The position numbers and the translations under genes are program-made. A stretch of 43,750 bases of DNA from a virus. Below the pieces are notes generated by a model. That model had not been told where the DNA came from and made no database searches. It saw only the letters and a program-made list of their open reading frames with translations. Where the stretch lies: the IMG/VR virus record IMGVR_UViG_3300045988_117155; one strand, 5' to 3'. Shown here one piece after another: positions 26,715-34,083 of the stretch. Position 1 is the first letter of the stretch, and every line of letters begins with the position of its first letter.

Positions 26715-27248
26715 TTATTCAAATGCAATGCGTTCAACGCTTGCAATTTTGCCGTTTAACGGCATATAAACATTTGCGCTGCCGAATAGTTTAACTGTTT
26801 CATTAAGACTGCGGGTATCTACTATAAATTCAACAACGTCATTATTGTAACTGTAGCGGTGCGTGCCGTCTGTATCACAGTCGGCTTTTTGGTCGCATAA
26901 TACAGCATAGAACACATTACCCGTGTCAGTTGTGATTTTATACTTTGTTCCTATTCCCGTACCATAGTACGAACCCAGAGCAACCATATAATAATCATCT
27001 GTAATACCTAAATCCCGCTCACCGTTGCAACGCATAAATCCGTTATCATCAGCCCAGCCCCATTGCTGTATATATTTGTACTGCGGGCTTGCTGTATTTG
27101 TTATACAGCGGTAGTCCATATACGTTTTAAAAGAGCTGTTAATATCGGGTACGCCATACGGCGTATATATAGCGGTCATTGCTGCGGCAGGAATAGCAAA
27201 CAATGCCGATAATAAAATTGTTATTGCCGATAGTAATAATTTTTTCAA
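26715..27248 (-). CDS. Secreted protein (signal peptide), possible DPBB/3D-like cell-wall-active fold (weak call)
   Basis: TTG start with AGGAGG 8 nt upstream. The N-terminus MKKLLLSAITILLSALFAIPAAA is a classic Sec signal. The mature part is Cys-, Tyr- and Asp-rich (...SFKTYMDYRCITN...KYKITTDTGNVFYAVLCDQKADCD...). Confidence 0.6.
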   Translation of the reverse strand: MKKLLLSAITILLSALFAIPAAAMTAIYTPYGVPDINSSFKTYMDYRCITNTASPQYKYIQQWGWADDNGFMRCNGERDLGITDDYYMVALGSYYGTGIGTKYKITTDTGNVFYAVLCDQKADCDTDGTHRYSYNNDVVEFIVDTRSLNETVKLFGSANVYMPLNGKIASVERIAFE

Positions 27249-27251
27249 AAT

Positions 27252-28427
27252 TTAGTCCTCCTGTTCATCAAAGGCTTTAAGCACCTCTTCGTCCGGCTTA
27301 TATTCCGGCTTCTTGCTGCTCGCTGGCGCAAGAGTCGGCTTGCCTTTTGGTTTAGTAATTAAGTCTCCAAGCACTTCGGCAACGGCCTTCTTTCCAAAGT
27401 CTGATTCCATTTGCGTCAATGTTATCAGCTTTCTATCATAGAGAAGCGCTTCACCATATCCAGCGGCTTTCATAGCTGCAACTACTTTTTCTTCATCTAC
27501 GAGCTTGCGGTTACTGCGTCCTTCAATCAGCTTCCAACCTGCTACAGGCGTGCCGTCCATAAGGTTAGTGAAAACAAGATTTTCAAGGTCGCCGAGCCAA
27601 GCTTTTATATCTGCCGCCTTTTCAAGAATTTTGCCGGCTTCCTCCGGAGATATAAGCAATGGGTCAGGTGCTTCATCAAAAAGCTTTAGATTATGCTCTG
27701 CACGAGCTCGGCATTGCTCTTTCGCGCGGCAGAATTTGCAAGTCTCTTCTGACGGCGCAAATTCACCCTCACCTTTATAAGCAAGCTTCGCTCTCGGCTT
27801 AACATATTTATTAGCCCATTCAAGCAAGTCTTTTACTGAGATTTCATCTGAACTTTGAACTCCTGAAAGGCGTGGCTGAAAAATAGTCATACGTACAGTA
27901 TCAATATCAAATAGCGTACTATACTTTGCCAATGCGCCAAGTGCGTATAGTCTCATTTGCGGATTTCCCGCGGCCTCAACTCTTACGCCTTTACCATATT
28001 TGAGGTCTACAATTTCAAGAATATTATCAGCGACAATAATACAGTCGCCCGTTCCAAAGCCAGACTTGACCCATTTTGAAAAATCAACCTTTACCTCAAG
28101 CTCGACAAAAGCGTCTTCGCAAGTTTCGTGAGCCTGCTTATATTTTTCAAGAACAAGTTTTCCGTAATCATTAGCGCACTCCTGCATTTCCGCGTTATAA
28201 TATGCACCTTTTGCTAAATCGTCCCGCTGATTCTCATACTCGGCCTCAGTGATTTCACCCAGCCAATAACGAGCGGTAAGCTCCGACAATTCATGCGCCG
28301 CAGTGCCTTCTTCGGCGTATGCGCTTGTTGTTCTCGGAAATTGTTCTTCAAGCTTAGCGCTCGGAGTACATTCAAGCCAACGATGTGAGCCGCTTGCTGA
28401 AAGTAATGCGTGTTTAGGCATTCGCAT
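27252..28427 (-). CDS. PD-(D/E)xK exonuclease, DUF2800 / Cas4-like with a C-terminal Cys cluster
   Basis: 391 aa containing ...SASGSHRWLECTPS..., ...DLKYGKG... and CKFCRAKEQC. The start could be ATG 28427 or ATG 28421. Confidence 0.8.
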   Translation of the reverse strand: MRMPKHALLSASGSHRWLECTPSAKLEEQFPRTTSAYAEEGTAAHELSELTARYWLGEITEAEYENQRDDLAKGAYYNAEMQECANDYGKLVLEKYKQAHETCEDAFVELEVKVDFSKWVKSGFGTGDCIIVADNILEIVDLKYGKGVRVEAAGNPQMRLYALGALAKYSTLFDIDTVRMTIFQPRLSGVQSSDEISVKDLLEWANKYVKPRAKLAYKGEGEFAPSEETCKFCRAKEQCRARAEHNLKLFDEAPDPLLISPEEAGKILEKAADIKAWLGDLENLVFTNLMDGTPVAGWKLIEGRSNRKLVDEEKVVAAMKAAGYGEALLYDRKLITLTQMESDFGKKAVAEVLGDLITKPKGKPTLAPASSKKPEYKPDEEVLKAFDEQED

Positions 28428-28752
28428 TCACCAACTCTCTCATAAGGGCCGGATAATCTTCTGTACGCTTATCAAAGTCAGACAGCTTTTTACAGCCAAA
28501 CTTTTTAAAGATTTCCACCAAAGTGTCCTGCTTGCCGGCTTTTGATAATTTAAGAGCGACAGCTCTAATATCTGTTTTTGTAATATGCGCCGCTTCTGTT
28601 TCCTCTGACTGAACAGCCTGCGCTGTACTTTCTTCTTTAGGCGGTGGGGCAGTAGGAAGCTCAGTCTGAACTGTAGCGCCGCCGTCCGTAATAAGAGCTT
28701 TTATTTTTTCAAGATTTTCAGTTGTTAATTCCATTTTTATTGTGATTTCCAT
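28414..28752 (-). CDS. Early hypothetical protein (112 aa from ATG 28752)
   Basis: AAGGAGG lies 8 nt upstream of ATG 28752 (MEITIKMELTTENLEKIK...). The longer 28806 start in the ORF track lacks an RBS. Confidence 0.6.
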   Translation of the reverse strand: MEITIKMELTTENLEKIKALITDGGATVQTELPTAPPPKEESTAQAVQSEETEAAHITKTDIRAVALKLSKAGKQDTLVEIFKKFGCKKLSDFDKRTEDYPALMRELVNANA

Positions 28753-28897
28753 TTTTAGTAGCCTCCTTATTTTTCTTCCAAGCCTCATAGGCTTGTACAT
28801 TTTCATTTTTACTATAAAATTCTTTAACCGCTGTGCACAAGCAGTCGAGCATTAAATTTTCTCTTGCAAGAGCCGTTTCGGCAAGTTCTTGACGCAT
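28718..28897 (-). CDS. Possible small early ORF (59 aa), below the ORF-track cutoff
   Basis: ATG 28897 to TGA 28718. Translation begins MRQELAETALARENLMLDCLCTAVKEFYSKNENVQAYEAWKKNKE... It has a weak RBS, and its start abuts the palindrome at 28898-28917. Confidence 0.35.
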   Translation of the reverse strand: MRQELAETALARENLMLDCLCTAVKEFYSKNENVQAYEAWKKNKEATKNGNHNKNGINN

Positions 28898-28917
28898 ATT
28901 TGTCTTTTAGGACAAAT
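28898..28917. promoter_or_regulatory. Palindromic operator-like site, ATTTGTC-N6-GACAAAT
   Basis: Perfect 7-bp arms read directly. It overlaps the stop codon of the Cro-like gene and is related to the site at 29179-29194. Confidence 0.5.
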
Positions 28918-29122
28918 CTTTCGCAAAAAAAATTTCATTCATTGTAGGCGGGTCTAAGTCAAGAAGGTCCTTACAAACCTGTACTTCCGGTACCGTAAAC
29001 GCAGATTCTCCGTTAATTTTGCGGTAAGCCTTACGAATATTCCAGCTTTGCGCGTCCGCAAAATCTCTGGTCGTAATGCCTTTTAAAATCATGTGCGCTT
29101 GGAGTAAACGAGTGTTCAGCAT
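28907..29122 (-). CDS. Cro-like / DUF739-like small HTH regulator (first gene of the leftward early operon)
   Basis: 71 aa containing ...GITTRDFADAQSWNIRKAYRKINGES.FT..E.... Divergent from the CI-like gene. Confidence 0.65.
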   Translation of the reverse strand: MLNTRLLQAHMILKGITTRDFADAQSWNIRKAYRKINGESAFTVPEVQVCKDLLDLDPPTMNEIFFAKDLS

Positions 29123-29178
29123 ACAGCATGTCGTCTCCTTTCTTTATATTTTCAGTCTTTTATACGATATACCGTGTT

Positions 29179-29194
29179 TTGTCCCAAAGGACAA
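29179..29194. promoter_or_regulatory. Operator palindrome TTGTCC-CAAA-GGACAA in the switch region
   Basis: Perfect 6-bp arms, placed just downstream of the -10 element of the leftward promoter. Confidence 0.6.
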
Positions 29195-29199
29195 TTATG

Positions 29200-29228
29200 A
29201 TTATACCGCGTTATTTTTGATTTGTAAA
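29200..29228 (-). promoter_or_regulatory. Leftward early promoter (PR-like)
   Basis: On the minus strand: TTTACA, a 17-nt spacer, then TATAAT (coordinates 29228-29223 and 29205-29200). Confidence 0.7.
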
Positions 29229-29288
29229 TAGTTTTTGAAATTTTTTTTATTTTTTTTATATAAAACTGTTCCCTCTACGTCAAATGCG

Positions 29289-29297
29289 TGTTATAAT
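29289..29297 (+). promoter_or_regulatory. Extended -10 element (TGtTATAAT) upstream of the repressor gene
   Basis: Read directly. The -35 region (TTCCCT) is poor, as expected for an autoregulated maintenance promoter. Confidence 0.5.
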
Positions 29298-29318
29298 ATG
29301 TCATAAGAGGTGATTTTA

Positions 29319-29708
29319 ATGACAACAGGCGACAGAATACATTTTTTAAGAAATAACTTACAGCTAACCCTTCAAGAGCTCGGCGATAAAGTTGGCGTCG
29401 GCGCCAGCACTGTCCGAAAGTGGGAGACGGGCCTTATACAATCTATACGCACCGATAAAATACAGAAACTCGCAGCCGCGCTTAATACTTCAGTCGATTA
29501 TCTTATGGGCTGGACGGATAACAGTGTCAATATTGGCTCTGTAGGTACTAATAACGGAGTTATCGGTCAAAATTCGGGTGAGCTTCACGTTTCAGAAGAA
29601 TACTCTAAAGAAGAGGTAGAGCTTATTCGAGTTTATAACGCTCTCAGCGTTAAAGACCGCAGCAAATTATTAAATTTTGCGTGGTCTTTAGAGGATAACG
29701 CAAATTGA
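29319..29708 (+). CDS. CI-like XRE-family repressor (no S24 peptidase domain)
   Basis: HTH segment LTLQELGDKVGVGASTVRKWETG. AGAGGTG lies 7 nt upstream of ATG 29319. Divergent from the Cro-like gene. Confidence 0.85.
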   Translation: MTTGDRIHFLRNNLQLTLQELGDKVGVGASTVRKWETGLIQSIRTDKIQKLAAALNTSVDYLMGWTDNSVNIGSVGTNNGVIGQNSGELHVSEEYSKEEVELIRVYNALSVKDRSKLLNFAWSLEDNAN

Positions 29709-30439
29709 ACGCGTGGAGTAGGGCAGATATTGTAATAGCATATGCGCTATACTGTATTACGCCTCTTAATCAAATCAAACCGACTAACAAAGTTATTCAG
29801 CAGGTTGCAAAAATCATTCCGCACTCTGTGTCGTCAATCGTTATGCGAATGTTAAACTTTAAGCATATTGACCCCAAAGCAGGTGAGGGCTTAGGTCATG
29901 TCGCTAAAAAAGATATTCTTGTATATGAAGAATTTAAGCACGACTGGGGCGCGTTAAGTATAGAAGCTGAAACTTTAACCGGCCTTGCTCTCTTTGATTC
30001 TACGCCGTTGCACGGAGCTAAGCCATTATCTTCTTTAACAGACCACAAACGAGTATCAAGAGAGCGTCACTTCTTTAAGAAAGCTGTTCTTTCGGCCTAT
30101 AATGATACTTGCTATATATCTGGCTGTACGCTGCCGCAAATGCTAATTGCAAGTCATATAAAACCCTATTCAGAATGTCGCAGCGAAGAAGACAGGGTAA
30201 GTCCCGATAATGGTATATGCCTTAATACTTTTTACGATAAGGCTTTTGATTCTGGACTTATTACCATTACGCCTTCTATGACTGTGTATGTATCTCCGCT
30301 TGTAACACACCGTCAGAACGACGATTTTACTCATAAATGGCTCTTAAACCTTGATGGCAGTGTTTTATTACCCCCTCCCCGATTTCCGCCTCGTAGGGCC
30401 TTTCTGGAGTACCATAATGATATAATTTTCAAAAGGTAG
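29705..30439 (+). CDS. HNH nuclease of the COG3183 / HNH_2 type (predicted restriction-like endonuclease)
   Basis: 244 aa. The C-terminal half (C.ISGC......ASHIKPYSECRSEEDRVSPDNGICLNTFYDKAFDSGLITI) matches the HNH_2 pattern. The N-terminus (W...DIVIAYALYC..P...) is typical of this family. The TTG start overlaps the repressor stop. Confidence 0.75.
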   Translation: MNAWSRADIVIAYALYCITPLNQIKPTNKVIQQVAKIIPHSVSSIVMRMLNFKHIDPKAGEGLGHVAKKDILVYEEFKHDWGALSIEAETLTGLALFDSTPLHGAKPLSSLTDHKRVSRERHFFKKAVLSAYNDTCYISGCTLPQMLIASHIKPYSECRSEEDRVSPDNGICLNTFYDKAFDSGLITITPSMTVYVSPLVTHRQNDDFTHKWLLNLDGSVLLPPPRFPPRRAFLEYHNDIIFKR

Positions 30440-30451
30440 GTGGACCACCAA

Positions 30452-32044
30452 ATGAATGCTGTAATTTACGCCCGGTATTCAGCCGGACCGCGACAGACCG
30501 AACAAAGTATTGAAGGACAACTGCGAGTCTGCTCTGATTTTTGTAAACAGCGCGGACTTACCGTTGTGGGTACTTACTGCGACCGTCATATTTCAGGAAA
30601 AACAGACCAAAGACCAGAGTTCCAAAAACTTATTGCTGACGCTAAGAAAAAGAAATTTGAAGCCGTTGTTGTTTATAAAACTGACCGTTTCGCTCGTAAT
30701 AAATACGATAGCGCTATATATAAGCGGGAACTTAAGCAAAACGGAATCCAAATCTTTTACGCAGCGGAAGCTATTCCTGACGGCCCTGAAGGCATTATCC
30801 TTGAGAGCCTTATGGAAGGTCTTGCCGAATATTACTCTGCGGAACTCGCACAAAAAATTCAGCGTGGTATGACGGAGAGTGCTATGAAGTGCAAAAGCAC
30901 AGGTGGTACCCGCGTTCTCGGCTATTATACCGACCAAGACAAACATTTTCAAATTGACCCGGAAGGCGCGCAGATAGTACAAATCATTTTTGATATGTAT
31001 ATTAAGGGCGAGCCTAATACAGCTATTGCCGATTTTCTGAACTCACATGGATTCCGTACTATACAAGGTCGTGACTTTAACAAAAATATTATAACCCGTA
31101 TCATTCAAAACCGTAAGTACATAGGCGAATACCGATATGGAGATATTGTTATAGAAGGCGGCATGCCAGCTATAATAACTCCCGAGGTCTTTTGTTTAGC
31201 CCAAGCTGAAACAGAACGTCGACGCACTCGTAAAAAGCCGATGTCTCCAAAAGCTGAATATCTTTTGTCAAGCCGGCTGTTTTGCGGTCATTGCAAAAAG
31301 CCTATGCAAGGTATCAGCGGAACAGGCCAGAACGGCAATAAATGGTATTACTACTATTGCTCAAACCGACGCACTCGTATTAAAACTTGTGATAAGAAAC
31401 AGGTTCCACGCGATAAACTTGAAAAACTCGTTGTAGATATGACTGTCAACTACATTCTTAAAGAAGAAGTGCTATCCGACCTTTCAAAGAAAATCTACGC
31501 GGCACAAGAGCGCCAAAATGATACCGACGAGCAAATCGCTTTTTACGAAAAGAAGCTAAATGACAACAAAAAGGCGGTCACAAATATTCTAAAAGCGATA
31601 GAGTCTGGCGTTAATACGCAAACCCTACCTGAAAGGCTACAACAACTTGAAAACGAGCAAACTGTTATTCAAGGCGAACTTGCGTACCTTAAAAATCACA
31701 GAACGGCTTTTGACGAAGACCAGATTCTCTTTATGCTAATGCAATACCTTGAGCCGTTTGAAGGAGAGAGTAGGCAAGAATATTATAAACGAATTATCAC
31801 TTGCTTTGTAGCAGAAGTTTATTTGTATAATGACAGACTGCTTATATACTTTAATATCAGCAGTGCAAATGGCTCGTTACAAGCCGAAGACTTAAATAAA
31901 ATAGAAGCTGGTCAAACACTTTCCGTGTTCGACCAGCGATTGAATTGGTGGAGCAACCCTATCACTGGTCGAACACAAGATACAGCTATTATTGTTTTAC
32001 CTTATGGCTTTGTGCTGACTGCCCAATTAGGGGACAGACTTTAG
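30452..32044 (+). CDS. int: Large serine recombinase (phage integrase)
   Basis: Resolvase-type N-terminus (IYARYSAGPRQTEQSIEGQ, ...DRFARN). Followed by a recombinase domain, a zinc ribbon (CGHCKKPM...YYYCSNRR...CDKK) and a coiled coil. ATG 30452 follows AGGTAGGTGG. Confidence 0.95.
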   Translation: MNAVIYARYSAGPRQTEQSIEGQLRVCSDFCKQRGLTVVGTYCDRHISGKTDQRPEFQKLIADAKKKKFEAVVVYKTDRFARNKYDSAIYKRELKQNGIQIFYAAEAIPDGPEGIILESLMEGLAEYYSAELAQKIQRGMTESAMKCKSTGGTRVLGYYTDQDKHFQIDPEGAQIVQIIFDMYIKGEPNTAIADFLNSHGFRTIQGRDFNKNIITRIIQNRKYIGEYRYGDIVIEGGMPAIITPEVFCLAQAETERRRTRKKPMSPKAEYLLSSRLFCGHCKKPMQGISGTGQNGNKWYYYYCSNRRTRIKTCDKKQVPRDKLEKLVVDMTVNYILKEEVLSDLSKKIYAAQERQNDTDEQIAFYEKKLNDNKKAVTNILKAIESGVNTQTLPERLQQLENEQTVIQGELAYLKNHRTAFDEDQILFMLMQYLEPFEGESRQEYYKRIITCFVAEVYLYNDRLLIYFNISSANGSLQAEDLNKIEAGQTLSVFDQRLNWWSNPITGRTQDTAIIVLPYGFVLTAQLGDRL

Positions 32045-32059
32045 GTCTGTCCTCCTTTT
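32032..32059 (+). terminator. Hairpin with a T-rich tail at the integrase stop codon
   Basis: GGACAGAC-tttag-GTCTGTCC followed by TCCTTTTA. The stop codon lies in the loop. Confidence 0.5.
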
Positions 32060-32290
32060 AGGTAGTCGAGCAACAAATGCAACGAATTTTCTTACGCACA
32101 TATATGCAAACGCAGGCAGGTACAATTTTCCGTTTCTTATATTTTACTTTTATAAAAAATCTTTTTAAGATTTCTCTGCTACCTTTGTTGCAATAGCCTT
32201 TAAACCCTTATGTATCAACGCTTTTAGCGGTAGCGCATTCAGCCGCAGATTTGTTGCAACCTGCTACCTTTGTTACTTCTCTTCTATAAA
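32052..32290 (-). repeat. Repeat family R1, copy B: between the integrase 3' end and the 3' end of the repeat-protein gene (the likely attP neighbourhood)
   Basis: Aligns with 19511-19812 (see copy A). It retains the AAAAGGAGG RBS-like end, but no start codon or ORF follows on the minus strand. Confidence 0.85.
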
Positions 32291-32977
32291 TTCTCCATTT
32301 ATAAGAGTATAATATGTATCGGCTTTAAGATTTTTACCGTCTATAATAGCAGCTTTTATACCGATAAGATTATAATTATCATCTCTTTCGCATACAACAA
32401 TAGCAGAACCTACATTTGCTTTTGCCTTACTTTCATAGCCTGTCGCTATAGCAACAGAGCCGTTCCCGCCTACCGCTGCAGCGGACCAGTTGCCTGTATT
32501 GGTCGCTGCAGACCAGTTGCCTGTATTGGTCGCTGCAGACCAGTTGCCTGTATTGGTCGCTGCGGACTGGTCGCCTGTATTGGTCGCTGCAGACCAGTTG
32601 CCTGTATTGGTCGCTGCAGACCAGTTGCCTGTATTGGATTCAGAAGCATTTTTAAAATCAATCTTACTAAATGTAAAATCTACAAATGCTTTAACCAAGC
32701 CAGTGATACCTATTTTTGCGCCTATTTTAAGCTTTTTGGTGCAGTATTTCTCATTATCATCTGTTTTACATTCGTCCAGAGCCTCTACTTCTGCAAATTC
32801 ATTTAATGCGCCATTAGCTCCAACAAAACCGTAGTAGTCCAACACCGCAAACGGATTTTCGCAAAAGTGCATACCACTGCTGCAAATTTCCGCCTCAGCT
32901 TCCTCAAACACAGTATTTTCTGCGTACTGTTTATTTCTACAGGTCATATCTTTATTAAAGCCCTTATATCCTTTCAT
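32273..32977 (-). CDS. Repeat-containing hypothetical protein (234 aa): Cys-containing N-terminal domain, six 9-aa repeats (TGNWSAATN), then a C-terminal domain
   Basis: RBS AAAGGAG upstream. The N-terminus (MKGYKGFNKDMTCRNKQY...CSSGMHFCENPF) belongs to a recurrent phage/bacterial family of unknown function. Confidence 0.8.
   Translation of the reverse strand: MKGYKGFNKDMTCRNKQYAENTVFEEAEAEICSSGMHFCENPFAVLDYYGFVGANGALNEFAEVEALDECKTDDNEKYCTKKLKIGAKIGITGLVKAFVDFTFSKIDFKNASESNTGNWSAATNTGNWSAATNTGDQSAATNTGNWSAATNTGNWSAATNTGNWSAAAVGGNGSVAIATGYESKAKANVGSAIVVCERDDNYNLIGIKAAIIDGKNLKADTYYTLINGEFIEEK
32459..32640. repeat. Tandem 27-bp repeat, about 5.6 near-identical units (ccagttgcctgtattggtcgctgcaga)
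   Basis: Units start at 32486, 32513, 32540, 32567 (the variant unit), 32594 and 32621 (partial). The array is in frame within CDS 32273..32977. Confidence 0.95.
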
Positions 32978-33001
32978 CGTGTTTCTCCTTTCTTATGTTT
33001 A

Positions 33002-33027
33002 GCAGTGGGGCGGTCATACCCCACCGC
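33002..33027 (-). other. Stable hairpin between the SprT-like and repeat-protein genes (no T-run)
   Basis: On the minus strand: GCGGTGGGG-tatgaccg-CCCCACTGC. A 9-bp stem including one G-U pair. Confidence 0.5.
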
Positions 33028-33029
33028 GC

Positions 33030-33815
33030 TTAACTTATCTTTTCCATAGGAACTTCGCAGTCGCCGCAAATCAGGTTTAGTTCCGCCGTACTTCTCACCT
33101 TTTGACCGCATATAGGGCATACGTATGTATTAGCTTTTTCGCGCTCACGCTTTACTTTTTGCTCTGGGAGGGCTCTTGCAAATAAAGCTTCAAGCGTAAA
33201 GTTATTATCTTTAAGAGTCCGCTCGAATTTAGGCGTAGGCGCAGTATGCGAATAGCCTACCGTGCGGTCATATCCGATTTCAAGGTCTCTTGATTCCGCC
33301 TCTGCTTTAAAGGTTTTATTATGATAACGGCCTTTCTGGCAGGTGTCGGCAATCTCGTTCTCCAAGCAATAGAGATGTACCATTTCATGACACATAGTTG
33401 CAGCCGTATCAGCAGAAGGTCTATTTAGGTATTCCGCACCGATATTGATTTCATACATTGCTTCGGTCTCAGACTTCCAAATCTTTTTAGTCGTACAATG
33501 ACCGTATGATTTAGGCGTGGACTGTACCGTGATAACCGGCTTCGGCAGTTCGCCGCCGAAGTACGCCTTATTCAGAATGTTAAATAAGTTTTCAAGCTTA
33601 TCAATAACATCTGACATTTTCATAGACTTATCCTCTGTAGTCGCTTCGGACGCTGTTTCTTCTGGTTTGTCCTCTACAAGTTTCCACCAACGGCGGAAAG
33701 TAATTTGCGCTACTTCCTTTTTAGTGCCGTCTTCAAATTTGAGGATAACAGCTTTTGTGTTTTCTGAAAAGAGTTCTGCAAGCTCGCCGCTTGTTACGTG
33801 TTTATAAGTTTTCAT
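33030..33815 (-). CDS. SprT-like zinc metalloprotease with a C-terminal zinc ribbon
   Basis: 261 aa. Contains ATMCHEMVHLYC (HExxH) within a SprT-like core, with CPICGQK...CGDC at the C-terminus. GGAGG lies 8 nt upstream of the ATG. Confidence 0.75.
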   Translation of the reverse strand: MKTYKHVTSGELAELFSENTKAVILKFEDGTKKEVAQITFRRWWKLVEDKPEETASEATTEDKSMKMSDVIDKLENLFNILNKAYFGGELPKPVITVQSTPKSYGHCTTKKIWKSETEAMYEINIGAEYLNRPSADTAATMCHEMVHLYCLENEIADTCQKGRYHNKTFKAEAESRDLEIGYDRTVGYSHTAPTPKFERTLKDNNFTLEALFARALPEQKVKREREKANTYVCPICGQKVRSTAELNLICGDCEVPMEKIS

Positions 33816-33834
33816 TTTTTTTGCCTCCTAAGTA

Positions 33835-33940
33835 TTTACTTTGTGAAAAACATGTGCTATAATAATTTCATTGAAGGGCTCGCCCTCAATGTGCGCCCCT
33901 TGACCGTGTGGACGAGCACGCGGTCGGGGCTTTTTCACTT
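33835..33940 (+). ncRNA. Counter-transcript sRNA-A (promoter 33835-33863; predicted transcript about 33870-33940)
   Basis: TTTACT, 17-nt spacer, TGcTATAAT on the + strand. Downstream lie the hairpins ttgaagggc/gccctcaa and GCCCC..GACCG/CGGTC GGGGC (33895-33930), followed by TTTTT. No ORF. It is antisense to the leader between the 45-aa ORF A and the SprT-like gene. Confidence 0.6.
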
Positions 33941-33945
33941 TTTGC

Positions 33946-34083
33946 TTACTTGTTAAGTAAGTCTTTTACCTTTTCGATTGCCTCATCAAGGTCTTTGCTT
34001 TCGCGCATAATCTCAAGGATTTTTCTCGTCTGATTTTCTTCGCATTTTTCAGCAAAGATTTCACTGATATTCATCTCTTCCAT
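33946..34083 (-). CDS. 45-aa hydrophilic ORF A, a paralogue of ORF B at 35854..35991
   Basis: GGAGG lies 6 nt upstream of ATG 34083. Translation: MEEMNISEIFAEKCEENQTRKILEIMRESKDLDEAIEKVKDLLNK. It has the same length as ORF B, and the two align without gaps. Confidence 0.6.
   Translation of the reverse strand: MEEMNISEIFAEKCEENQTRKILEIMRESKDLDEAIEKVKDLLNK

Noticed and set aside
29129-29131. An alternative ATG, closer to the AAGGAG RBS, 7 nt upstream of the Cro-like start
   Set aside because: That frame gives only a 32-aa product without an HTH. The 29122 frame encodes the recognisable 71-aa HTH protein. The initiation site remains slightly ambiguous.
32459-32640. Regular 27-bp repeats that look superficially like a CRISPR array
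   Set aside because: The units are directly adjacent with no spacers. They are in frame inside a 234-aa ORF and encode the TGNWSAATN repeats. No cas genes or leader are present.
32270-32834. Plus-strand ORFs 32270..32806 and 32490..32834, and minus-strand ORF 32470..32661, with repetitive translations (CIGRCRPVA, LPVLVAAD, and so on)
   Set aside because: These are alternative-frame or antisense readings of the same tandem repeat. They have no RBS. The 32273..32977 frame has an RBS and non-repetitive flanking domains.
33946-34083. The 45-aa ORFs plus antisense RNAs as type I toxin-antitoxin pairs, or as arbitrium-like signalling peptides
   Set aside because: The peptides are highly charged, with no hydrophobic or TM segment and no signal sequence. 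The antisense RNAs overlap the downstream leader rather than the peptide start or RBS. No receptor-like (TPR) gene is present.
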